A stretch of DNA of 63,839 nt, filler included, from Octopus bimaculoides (taxonomy: Eukaryota): the NCBI RefSeq assembly GCF_001194135.2. It is 9 parts of 9 records of this genome, joined end to end, with 100 filler letters (N's around TTAATTAATTAA, not from the genome) between each part and the next. Parts side by side here need not be neighbours in the genome. Positions count along the whole stretch, not along the records: positions 44,813 to 54,393 come from NC_068988.1; positions 54,494 to 56,086 come from NW_026295269.1; positions 56,187 to 60,406 come from NC_068985.1; 6 more parts are not named here. One strand, written 5' to 3'. A program made the position numbers and the translations under genes. The notes under the pieces were generated by a model. It searched no databases and had not been told where the DNA came from. It saw only the letters and a program-made list of their open reading frames with translations. Of this stretch, positions 48,569 to 59,602 are shown piece after piece. The first letter of the stretch is position 1. Every line of letters begins with the position of its first letter.

Positions 48569-48849
48569 TATATTAGACAAAATGAGATAACAAAGCCAAG
48601 GCTGTGAGGAGTTTTCAGGACATTTATAAGGAAAGAGATATAGATATAATCTTACACGTATTTCTACTTTCATTCTCTTATTTCCCTCTATATTCCCTAG
48701 CTCCTTCTATAATAATTCCTTATTTCGAACTCAAATAATTTAACCATCTCACATCGTCTCTGATGAAGGGATATCCATAGTATCCCAGAAACAGCTGTAA
48801 GACTATATTTTTTCCTTATAAATGTCCTGAAAACTCATCATTTTGTCTA

Positions 48850-48923
<74 letters not shown>

Positions 48924-48980
48924 TAGACAAAATGAAATAATAGAGCCAAGGCTATGAGGAGTTTTCAGGACATTTATATA
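48569..48980 (+). mobile_element. Short hammerhead-carrying Penelope-type non-autonomous repeat with inverted terminal segments, plus a third end copy
   Basis: 48609-48634 is the exact reverse complement of 48811-48836 (26 nt); 48569-48585 is the reverse complement of 48838-48854 (17 nt). A third copy of the end segment lies at 48921-48978 beyond a (TA)n(TG)n tract. Confidence 0.65.
48753..48806 (+). ncRNA. Minimal type-I hammerhead ribozyme motif (Penelope pLTR-like)
   Basis: Stem I GUCU(48756-59)/AGAC(48800-03); core CUGAUGA 48760-66; stem II GGGAUA(48768-73)/UAUCCC(48781-86); GAAA 48788-91; palindromic stem III ACAGCUGU; predicted cleavage after GUA (48799). Extra A residues flank stem II (48767, 48787). 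Confidence 0.7.
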
Positions 48981-48993
48981 GGAGGAGCAATCT

Positions 48994-49230
48994 GACGGTT
49001 ACGACGACGGGGGTCCTAGCTCCTGAAATTAATCTGCAAGTGGCTGGGCATTCAACAGACACGTGTACCCTTAACGTAGTTCTCAGGGAGATTCAGCGTG
49101 AGACAGAGTGTGACAAGGCTGGCCCTTTGAAATACAAGTACAACTCATTTTTGCCAGTTGAGTGAAATGGAGCAACGTGACATAATGTGTCTTGCTGAAA
49201 AACAGAACGCGTCACCGGGAATTGAATATC
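48994..49230 (+). mobile_element. SINE-like family C (second, truncated copy at 32718-32832)
   Basis: GCAAGTGGCTGGGCATTCAACAGACACGTGTACCCTTAACGTAGTTCTC is shared with 32780-32832 GCAAGTGACTGAGCACTCCACAGACATGTGTACCCTTAACGCAGTTCTC. Confidence 0.7.
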
Positions 49231-49252
49231 CTAACCAGTAAGCCTCGCGCCA

Positions 49253-49739
49253 CCGTAAATCCTCGAGTATAGTCCGCCCTTGAGTATAATACGTAGGGGA
49301 TTTTTAGGGGGCTGTACCTCTGAAAAACCTAAACCTTGTGTATAATACGCAGCCTTCTCTAACTTGAGTCAAGGAGGTCTATATAACGTCCTTGGTTTGT
49401 AAACATATATACGGTAACGTCCTTTATTATTATTGTATATATAACATAATGCAAACGTGTAGCTTTTTTGTGCACTTTGTTTGTTGAAAATAAAGGAATA
49501 ACAATAATAACGTCAGTGAAAAATAAATATTAAGTAAATTGCTTTTACATATTTATCACTATCAGTTACAAGCCCGACATCACAAAATGCGCCTGAATAA
49601 ACATTGCCGGACAGAAAATAGAGACTGGGACATTGCTTAGAAAATATTTTTCATTTTTAACCTCGTATACAGTACGCACTAGGGATTTTGACCTTTAAAT
49701 TTTGAGAAAAAAATGCGGATTATACTCGAGGATTTACGG
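49253..49739. mobile_element. Tc1/mariner-superfamily (pogo-like) MITE
   Basis: TIR CCGTAAATCCTCGAGTATAGTCCGC versus the reverse complement of GCGGATTATACTCGAGGATTTACGG (24/25); TA on the right, CA on the left; subterminal GTATAATACG repeats. Confidence 0.8.
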
Positions 49740-51220
49740 TATATATATGTATACATTTGCTTGTTGGTTGTACCTTGTTTATCATTTTGTCCATGTTCTT
49801 TTGCCACGTTATGTACCCAGTTATGTATCTATATGTACATGTAGATGAAGGTATGTACATACATGTACATATATATGCATATACTCTTATATTGTTTGTA
49901 TCACGACAGAACGCACGCGTTAACCTTTATACAGTAAGTTTTAACTATTTTTCTAACGCGACTGTCTCTATCTCTCCTTCTCATTCTTCTCTCTACTGTT
50001 CTTCGCCTCTCCCTGTCACTACTATCTCTCTATCTCTTGTTGCTCGTCCTTCGCCTGTCACCGTTACTACTACTATCTCTCTCCCTCTCTACCTCTCGTT
50101 GCTCACTTTTATTATACTTCCTCCCCTTCTTTTCCCTCTGCTACTCTTTCTCTTTACACAGCGCTGGTCACGTGTGTCCGGCTGCTATTCCTTTTCGTTC
50201 TTGGACTCCCCAAGCTCGCACGTACTTTTTTGCCCCTCCTGTTCGTGCTTCACAGCGTTCAATACATACACACTTCACGTCTGGCTGTACAGCCTTTTTG
50301 CTTGTTTGTTTATTCATTGTTTCGTTTTCCTGTCTTGTTTTCCGTCCGCCACTACCCTCCACGAAAACAATTTAATTTGTGTTCGTGGGAAAAACCATTT
50401 CAACGATGCGTNNNNNNNNNNNNNNNNNNNNNNNNNNNNNNNNNNNNNNNNNNNNNNNNNNNNNNNNNNNNNNNNNNNNNNNNNNNNNNNNNNNNNNNNN
50501 NNNNNNNNNNNNNNNNNNNNNNNNNNNNNNNNNNNNNNNNNNNNNNNNNNNNNNNNNNNNNNNNNNNNNNNNNNNNNNNNNNNNNNNNNNNNNNNNNNNN
50601 NNNNNNNNNNNNNNNNNNNNNNNNNNNNNNNNNNNNNNNNNNNNNNNNNNNNNNNNNNNNNNNNNNNNNNNNNNNNNNNNNNNNNNNNNNNNNNNNNNNN
50701 NNNNNNNNNNNNNNNNNNNNNNNNNNNNNNNNNNNNNNNNNNNNNNNNNNNNNNNNNNNNNNNNNNNNNNNNNNNNNNNNNNNNNNNNNNNNNNNNNNNN
50801 NNNNNNNNNNNNNNNNNNNNNNNNNNNNNNNNNNNNNNNNNNNNNNNNNNNNNNNNNNNNNNNNNNNNNNNNNNNNNNNNNNNNNNNNNNNNNNNNNNNN
50901 NNNNNNNNNNNNNNNNNNNNNNNNNNNNNNNNNNNNNNNNNNNNNNNNNNNNNNNNNNNNNNNNNNNNNNNNNNNNNNNNNNNNNNNNNNNNNNNNNNNN
51001 NNNNNNNNNNNNNNNNNNNNNNNNNNNNNNNNNNNNNNNNNNNNNNNNNNNNNNNNNNNNNNNNNNNNNNNNNNNNNNNNNNNNNNNNNNNNNNNNNNNN
51101 NNNNNNNNNNNNNNNNNNNNNNNNNNNNNNNNNNNNNNNNNNNNNNNNNNNNNNNNNNNNNNNNNNNNNNNNNNNNNNNNNNNNNNNNNNNNNNNNNNNN
51201 NNNNNNNNNNNNNNNNNNNN

Positions 51221-51278
<58 letters not shown>

Positions 51279-51754
51279 TAAATTAGTCGAAAATTCGTAT
51301 TCAGTTTCGATTGTCTTCTTCAATGCGGGGCCAGAATCATTGCCATCCCTGCACTAAATGGTTTTTATGCATTCCGGACCTCAACTAGACAACAACGACC
51401 TTCAGTGAAGCTTATGGCACTGTAGTCAAGGGATTGAAGTCTGGCAATCTTGGAAGCCAAAGTTTGGTGTTACGTGCTTGTATAGATCAGGAGTCGGGGA
51501 AATTTTTTAACCAGTTACCCCGAAATATATTCATTTACGCCAACGTTACCCTCTTGATTCGAAAGGAAGAAAATCATAGATTCTTTGAATTCAAAAGGTC
51601 TATTAAATCTATTTTATTGAATCTATTTATATGAATCTATTTACATTTCCATTACATTGGACAGATGGAACGTGTTTTTTTTTTATATAATTTTACTTAT
51701 GCCTAATGAGTCCTCGTTACCACCAAGAATCTCACTTTTATCCCACTTGGGGTA

Positions 51755-51779
51755 ATTTACCCCGGTTCGCCGACCCCTG
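51755..51779 (-). mobile_element. Possible hAT-type terminal sequence
   Basis: Minus strand CAGGGGTCGGCGAACC resembles hAT/Charlie TIRs and sits where the maT-like remnant is cut. No partner TIR was found. Confidence 0.35.
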
Positions 51780-51784
51780 GTATA

Positions 51785-52390
51785 GATTGTCTGGCAACCA
51801 TTTTGGGTTACGGAGCTTTGTGAGGAGGTGCTAAGTGTTGTTGAAATACGTATCTCTTTCCATTGCGTGTTTCATCCATCAAGGGCATAACAACTGTACC
51901 AGCACTTCAAAGTATTCGACAGCATAAATTGGATAGATGTGAGGTAACATGGCATGACCTTCGTTGCTCATCATTCCTAAAACCTTCACAGCTATTGGAA
52001 ACTTAGTAGGCATCACTCTGCGGACATCAGAAAGATCTGCACATAGCTATCTATCATTTCTCCTGTTATTGACTTTTGGTCTTGATTGAAGCTTTTCTCA
52101 ATAGAGAAATATCAAAGGTTCCCGTATTTGTGAGGATTTTTAACCTTAAGTAAACGCTTGGCACTGATCAAATAGTTATACTGTGTCTTTGTAGGGATGA
52201 ATTGGCCTCTTCTCAGTACATATGACTTACGTCCAATGATCTCGTAGACAATAATTCTGAAAGTTTAGTCCAACACCTGAAGTTCTTTGACGTTCCCCCC
52301 CCCCACTCAATTCTATATATTCTGGGATGATCATCGACAATGTTTTGAAGCCGTTGGATGAATTGTAGTCTCCTTAAAGTGTCCCAACAT
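51785..52390 (-). pseudogene. maT/DD37D-like (Tc1/mariner superfamily) transposase remnant
   Basis: Minus strand KSYVLRRGQF, YFSIEKSFNQDQK, VMPTKFPIAVKVLGMMSNEGHAMLPH, VFQQHLAPPHKA; truncated before the third catalytic residue, so the spacing cannot be counted. Confidence 0.75.
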
Positions 52391-53068
52391 TTTGAACGGT
52401 CTTTTTTTCTTCTTCTCTTTGATACAGTTAAAACGCTCCTCCCAGAAAAAAAACCGAAGCATGTCCATTGCTCTCGTCAGTGAGCTTTAAATATCAGATA
52501 CAATCCCATTTGCATTGTGTAATATTGTCTAAAAAGTTTTACCAAATGATNNNNNNNNNNNNNNNNNNNNNNNNNNNNNNNNNNNNNNNNNNNNNNNNNN
52601 NNNNNNNNNNNNNNNNNNNNNNNNNNNNNNNNNNNNNNNNNNNNNNNNNNNNNNNNNNNNNNNNNNNNNNNNNNNNNNNNNNNNNNNNNNNNNNNNNNNN
52701 NNNNNNNNNNNNNNNNNNNNNNNNNNNNNNNNNNNNNNNNNNNNNNNTTTTTTTTTTCTTTTTTTTTTTTTTCCTGTCCTGATTGCTCGGACAATCTCAA
52801 ATTGATCAACGTCTTCTAACTCACAGTAAAACATATGTGAGACACCGCCCTTCCGTGTATTTAGCAATGCGGAAGGGTCGCCTGTGAGAGGTATTGGCCT
52901 TCGGCTATATTGTTTATTTTGCATGTGTGTACAGTTTATATGAGCACTGCTCATATAAACGAATAAAGCAATAACAGATTACTGTGCATATTGGACATTT
53001 TCTAAAATGATTTTCTCTGAAATCAGCTCAACGTACGATTCAAAAATAATTCAGGTACTATTTTTAGC

Positions 53069-53130
<62 letters not shown>

Positions 53131-54042
53131 ATAATAGTAGTAGTGGTGGTGGTGGTGGTGGTCCTTGTTGCTGTTATTGTTGTTTAGTACCAGGTCCGTG
53201 ATGGGTAGGGTACTTTCACGATCAAAAGGCATCTTGACTAAACCGCCCCGTTTTTTTTTTACTTTGGCACAAGACACCCTCAAGACTACATCACCGAATC
53301 TACTTCCACCATCACCACCATCACCACCATCAACTCCTCTTTTCTTAAGGCAGATGGATGAGATGTGAAAGGGTTTACGCTGCCATTTCTAGCAAATTAA
53401 CTGAACTCGCGAAGAGCTCTTGTGTGTGTGTATGTGTGTGTGTGTGTGTCTGTGTGTGCTTGTGTGTACTTATTGCGGATGATTCCCCCTATCAGTGTGT
53501 GAAAATAATAATGTTAATACACCATTGGGTATGTATACGCGTGCTTAACTAAAGTACATCTGTGTGCGTATGTGTGTATGTATGTATGTATGTATGTATG
53601 CATGTATGTATGTATATATATATATATGTATGTATGTATGCATGTATGAATGTATGTATGTATGTATATATGTATGTATGTATGTATGGATGGATGGATG
53701 TATGTGTGTGTGTGCGTGTATGTATGTGTGAGCGCATTCATATGAGTATGCGTGTTGTGTGTGTATGCGTGTGTATGCGTGTGTGGTGTAGGACACATGT
53801 CCAGTCAAGTATATTTTCCGTAATTTCGCATACGCGGGCACACTAACGCACACGTGTGTGTGTATATATATATATATGTGTGTGTGTGTGTGGTGTTACA
53901 TGCAGGCATACGATCTGTCGTCGTTATAAGTTACTCTTGCGTGTTTCGAGTGTGTGAGATTCTAGTCTGCATGTGAACATGCAATCCAATGTGTGTATAA
54001 CCATAAGCCCATATACATACATACATACACACATACACACAT

Positions 54043-54084
<42 letters not shown>

Positions 54085-54639
54085 GCAGGTAGACGGACGG
54101 CTTCTTTTTATGCATGCGTGCGCGCGCGTGTTTAGGTCTATGTGTGGACGAAAGGGTAAGGGAGTGCTAAAAGCCATGAGAACTTAGACCTGTTTATAAG
54201 TCTGAGGTTATGCCACAGGGCGTTTGTTTCCCCGTGTCTGTATATGTGTGTATGTGTGTGTGTGGATGTGGTTATGGCACTATTTGGGTGTAAGAGTGTG
54301 TGAATAAACGATGGGTTTGAATATGCTACCTATTGTTTCTGTGCGTTTATGTGAGAAAGAAATAAAAGAAAGCGATCTTAAGCCGTTATATATNNNNNNN
54401 NNNNNNNNNNNNNNNNNNNNNNNNNNNNNNNNNNNNNTTAATTAATTAANNNNNNNNNNNNNNNNNNNNNNNNNNNNNNNNNNNNNNNNNNNNTTGATAG
54501 TTCAGAATCTGCGTTCCGTTGTTTCTTCAAGAAATTTAATGTATGGAGCGGAGTACACCTAATGGTGTATAACCACTTCCCTACAAAGTGAAATATTCCC
54601 TGAACCAACCATAAAAACTAAGGCAGATGAAAATCAAAT

Positions 54640-56086
54640 AGATGAAGAAAGTCATACAGAAATTGACCCAACAGAACTATATGATCTAAAAAAAATCAAA
54701 TCATGATTGAATGGCTGAAAATTAAAGAGACCAATATGAATGAATGCAACAATCTTCTGAAAATTCACAATTCTAACCAAAACCTGAAAATAATCGGTAA
54801 AATCTGCCTTGCATTTAAGGATATAATTTCAGCTAATGATGTTGACATTACAGATCTCAACTACCTGTACTATGCATCCACGAAAATCTCAATGATTCTA
54901 TGTGGTGAAAAGATTAGAAAACGACAACATTCCCACAAAAAGCCTACTTGGCAAGAGCATATTCAACACCAAATTCAGCTACTTGGGTCTGACATAGAAT
55001 GTTTAAAAAACCTTAAGTTTGACAAGACTATCAAACCAACAAAAATCCGAAAATTGAAGAAAAAAATATACCACCATAGAAACTATCAAGCAAATGCTAT
55101 GTGCTAAAACTGCCTGCATAACAAGGTATGAAAAGCATGTTAGATACTTCAAGGACAACAACATGTTAAAAAATAACCCAAAAAATTTTTACAGGATGAT
55201 AGGGGAAATACCAGTTACAGTAAAGTCTGTCCCATCAAAAGAAGAAGTAGAGGAATTTTGGAATAAAACTTGGGCAGAAGAAAAAACACAATGAAAAGGC
55301 CCCTTGGATTGAAATATCTACAGACTTAGACTCCTTAGAAGAGCAAAAGTGGGAGGATATCAAGGTAGAGGATGTAAGATCTGCTCTCAGGAAGTCAAGC
55401 AAATGGAAGTCTCCAGGAAAGGATAAAATTCCTAACTTCTGGTTGAATGCCTTCCCAGAGAGCCATGAACTGCTTACAAAACTTTACAACAATGTTTTGC
55501 AACAAGCTAGTATGATTCCCTCTTGGCTAGTTAATGGCGTATCATTCCTACTTCCAAAAAATGAAGAAACAAATGAGCTAGAAAATTATAGACCCATAAC
55601 CTGCTTAACAACAATGTATAAAATACTAACATCTGTCTTGACTGAATATACCTATAGTTTTTCAATAGAAAGTGGCATATTCCCTAATGAGCAAAAAGGA
55701 TCTAAACATGGGTCCTATAGTTGTAAAGATCAGCTACTCATCAACAAGATGAGCTTGGAAGATTGTCACAAATGATACAAAAACTTGTCGATAGCCTGGA
55801 TAGACTATAAAAAAGCTTTTGTTAGTCTACAACATAGCTGGATTAAGAAATGTCTGGAAATGTATAGCACCTACTCTGTGAATTTTCTTGTCTGTGAGTA
55901 TGAGATCATGGAGAACCACACTGACTTTGAACCGTGGCAATGAATCTCTTAATGCTGGAGATGTAAAAATTTCATGTGGCATTTTCCAGGGTGACTCTTT
56001 ATCGCCACTCCTCTTTTGTCTAGACTTAATACCTCGCTCGAAATTGCTCAATGATGTACAATACGGTTATAAAATGTTTGATAAAA
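54640..56086 (+). pseudogene. R4/Dong-clade (RLE-type) non-LTR retrotransposon RT region, frameshifted, cut by linkers
   Basis: KWKSPGKDKIPNFWLNAF, NYRPITCLTTMYKILT, EQKG..SCKDQLLINK, AWIDYKKAF, GIFQGDSLSPLLFC; several frameshifts and a stop at 55773-55775. Confidence 0.85.
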
Positions 56087-56373
56087 NNNNNNNNNNNNNN
56101 NNNNNNNNNNNNNNNNNNNNNNNNNNNNNNTTAATTAATTAANNNNNNNNNNNNNNNNNNNNNNNNNNNNNNNNNNNNNNNNNNNNAATATGTAGTAACT
56201 TGTATCTCTGTAAAAATGTGAAACAACACAAGATTAAATTTTGTTTGCAAGGAATGTGGAAAGGAAAAACGTGTAGAATTTCAAAAATGAAGTAAATGTC
56301 ACCAAGTAATATGAAGCTATAATACAAGTTTCATATATCGGATGAGTAAGAGAATTAACCACACACCCTCAGT

Positions 56374-56433
<60 letters not shown>

Positions 56434-56899
56434 GGGAACAGGTAGAGGGTAAAAAAACTGCTGCTGTTGAAGGAGGATAGGGAATGACTATACCTTTACA
56501 CAAACAGAGTATTTAAGCAAAGGAAACAGCTAGGTAAGGCTATAATAGTGGGATGGAGAGGTAGTTGGTGTAAATTAACATCAAAATAATAAGGTAAGTT
56601 AGGCCTCTGAAAGAAAATAAAATTGATGAAGTAAAAATAATTAAACTAAAGGATTAGGGTCCTACAAATGATTAAGTGATGATGGTTAAAAATTAAAATT
56701 AAATAAAAGCTGCAGTAAACTACTTGTGGATTTCTTAATGGAATATTTTTGTCTTTTTTTTGAACCTCTGGACTCAAGTCTGGTTGCTGAATTTCTGTGG
56801 TGAATAAATGACCGAGATTGAAAGACAACATCTAAACAAGATGTCAGTCTGTTGTAGTGTTTAAGGCCAACAATTTTGAAAGAAGTGGACAAGTTGATT

Positions 56900-57060
56900 A
56901 CATCAAATCCCAGTACTTGACTGGTGCTTTATAAACCCCAAAGAGATGAAAAACAAATTTGATCTTGACAGGATTTGAACTCAGAACTTGAAGAGTTAAA
57001 AGAAATGCTGCTAAGTATTTTATCTGATGTGCTAACAATTCTGCCAGCTCACTGCCTTGA
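56900..57060 (-). mobile_element. SINE family A, diverged
   Basis: GGATTTGAACTCAGAAC..TGCTAACAATTCTGCCAGCTCACTGCCTT is the reverse complement of the family A 5' region. Confidence 0.75.
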
Positions 57061-57456
57061 AATGAATATAGACTTAAAATATAGAATGCAAGTTCGCACC
57101 AATTCAGCACACACAAGAGCGAACAACAGGCATCCAGCAGGTATCAGCAGGCAAAAGTTCAATTCCGTTCACCATGTCCCAAAAAATTTTCACCAAACAT
57201 GAGTCAAAAACAATTACAGCACACCGCAGGTATCCATCAATAAAAACAATTTCACAAAACCCCATACAATACCTATGGTCATTTTGGAGGTACACCACTG
57301 TATTTCAAAACACAATAGAGTGTAAACTGGTGATGACCCCCTCGTCAGGGTAAACTCACGTACAAAGTCACGACATGCACAAGGGGAAAAAATGATTTTT
57401 ATAAAGAGCAAATATATATAAACAAAATGGACCAGCCTATGCAAATAATGGGAAGA

Positions 57457-58680
57457 TTAAAAAAAAAACAAAAAAAACCTCATATTATGCATAAATGAGA
57501 TTTTTGATTTGAATCCGCTTGCTTCAAGGGCGTTGTTATAAACCGGCGCATGTTGATTAAAAATTTCTACATTTGATGATAAATTTGATATTATAATTGA
57601 AATTCCGGTGACAATACTATCTATGGTGGACCTTGGGTGATTTGATGAAACATTTATGTACGACACAGATTTGCTAGGTTTACGGAACGGACAATAGAGA
57701 CCCGTATCCAAACATAATGTCACGTCCAGGAAATTAACCTTTCTGGAGTTAACATCAAATACAATATTCAGGTTGAAGAAATCCTTAAGGAAACACCTGA
57801 GGGACTTCTTCAACCTATTTAAGGCAGTTTTAGACTTACCCCGTACTGCTAAAAGCACATCATCTCTATATAGTCCTCTGGTAAGGAGGGGAAAACTAGC
57901 TTTAATCTGTGAGAGGAGGTACAGTCCCACCAGGTCAGTCACCTGTGCAGAATCAGATGACCCCATAGTTATATCAAAAAAATCAGTTGAATCCGCCCTT
58001 TGCCATTCATATTCATTGTAGCATATGAGGGTCTCCCTAGCAGCTAAAATAATGTTAATGTCTGTGCCTAGTATATCTACAAAACTACGGGCGATAATCA
58101 GGGCCTTGTTTAATAGTATGGGGGATATCGAGTTATAATAATTCGAAATATCGAACTGTATAAAGCTAAAACAGGTTTTATCCTTAAGGGACTCAAACCA
58201 CATGATGACATCTCCCATAAAACTCCTTAACGGGAGTTGAACGTTATCCCTTACGATGGGAATAATACGGTCAATTATGAATTTGCTAATCCAACCCAAA
58301 TCAGATTTGGTAGGGCATATTAACCTAATCGAGGGGTTTGACAAAAAATCAGGCTTATGGTCCTTCAAAAGTGCATGTGGGGTTTTTGGAGCATATGGCT
58401 GGGTTCTATCCAGTAGGCCTAAGTTGGAGATGATCTCCCGCGTCCTTTTTGGCATGCTTGCATCCTGAATTTAATTCCTTTAGCATCAGTTTATTATAAA
58501 GCTCAGGTGGCACTGAATAGATATTTCCAGTCTTATCAGACAATATATGCAAGTTCGGAGATGACCTCATCTCAGATATCTTATCAGATAACAGCTTCTG
58601 GAAGGGGTTCGTATAGTTAAAGAACTTCAGTTGTTTAATCATATTCATCAAATCACGCTCAAATTTAGCAATAGCATATA
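57457..58680 (-). mobile_element. Penelope-like retroelement reverse transcriptase (Naiad-like), 3'-truncated, no GIY-YIG domain visible
   Basis: 332-aa ORF 57457-58455 with LKDHKPDF, IQFDISNYYNSI, FDITMGSSDSAQVTDLVGLYLL, GLYRDD, VNFLDVTL and YINVSSNHP. An upstream frame (58406-58680) gives FERDLMNMIKQLKF..FQKLLSDKI..SDKTGNIY, separated by a frameshift near 58430. Confidence 0.85.
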
Positions 58681-58684
58681 CATA

Positions 58685-58755
58685 AGTGCAAGAGTGGCTG
58701 TGTGGTAAGTAGCTTGCTTACAAACCACATGGTTCCGGGTTCAGTCACACTGTGT
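58685..58755 (+). mobile_element. SINE family B 5' fragment abutting the Penelope-like RT
   Basis: GAGTGGCTGTGTGGTAAGTAGCTTGCTT..CCACATGGTTCCGGGTTCAGTCAC. Confidence 0.75.
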
Positions 58756-59483
58756 ATATTGTATTTAGGTCATTCTGCAGGCTTATGACATCATCAGGAT
58801 TCTTTATTGCCTGAGATAGTTTTGTGTCATGCCTTCCTGAGTTTGAGTACAGTGTGCAGGGTCTTCGTTGTCATCCTTTTTACAGCCTGTGTCCCTCATA
58901 ATGCCTTCTAGGAGGTCAAGATGTGGTTTTATAAGATCATAGGAGCATATGAGCTCCTGTTTCTTCCATTCAATTTGGGCCATAGATCTGTAGAAATTAT
59001 ATCTATGCAAGGTTTTAGCTATTAGGTCATTTGCAGGTGACTTTGACCAAGCTCTATGCTTGTACAAGAAGGCGAATTTCTTCTAATTGCCAGCTTCAGC
59101 GCATCTTCTTCTTGTTAGCCTCAATTTGGCACTGTATAAAGCTTCGTCTGCTGGTGTCCATAGTGCACGGTATTTGAGAGAGAGGTTATCTTAGGGTATA
59201 GAGAAATACTAATAGAAAAAAAGAAAAGAGGATAAAGAGGGGAGGGAGAATACGAAGTAGAGAAAGCATACAGAAATAGAGAATACGTACAGAGTATGAA
59301 ATAGGGAATTTTGATAGATAGACAGAGAGAGAGAGAGAGAGAGAAGGGGAAATGAGAGAGAGAGGGGGGAGTGAGAGAGAGAGGATGTGATAGGAATAGA
59401 GATGTTTGAGAAAGAGAGAGAAGATAACTCAAGATAGAAAACAAAATGAAAATGGAAAAGAAAAATGAAAAATATATCACGGA

Positions 59484-59602
<119 letters not shown>

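Noticed and set aside
49757-51286. 509-aa hydrophobic ORF
   Set aside because: CT-rich low-complexity DNA and more than half N; not a credible membrane protein.
57320-57365. Hammerhead-like words next to the Penelope RT (minus CUGACGA; plus CUGGUGA..AAACUCACGUA)
   Set aside because: Neither strand gives GAAA after a stem II together with a stem I; at best a heavily decayed motif.
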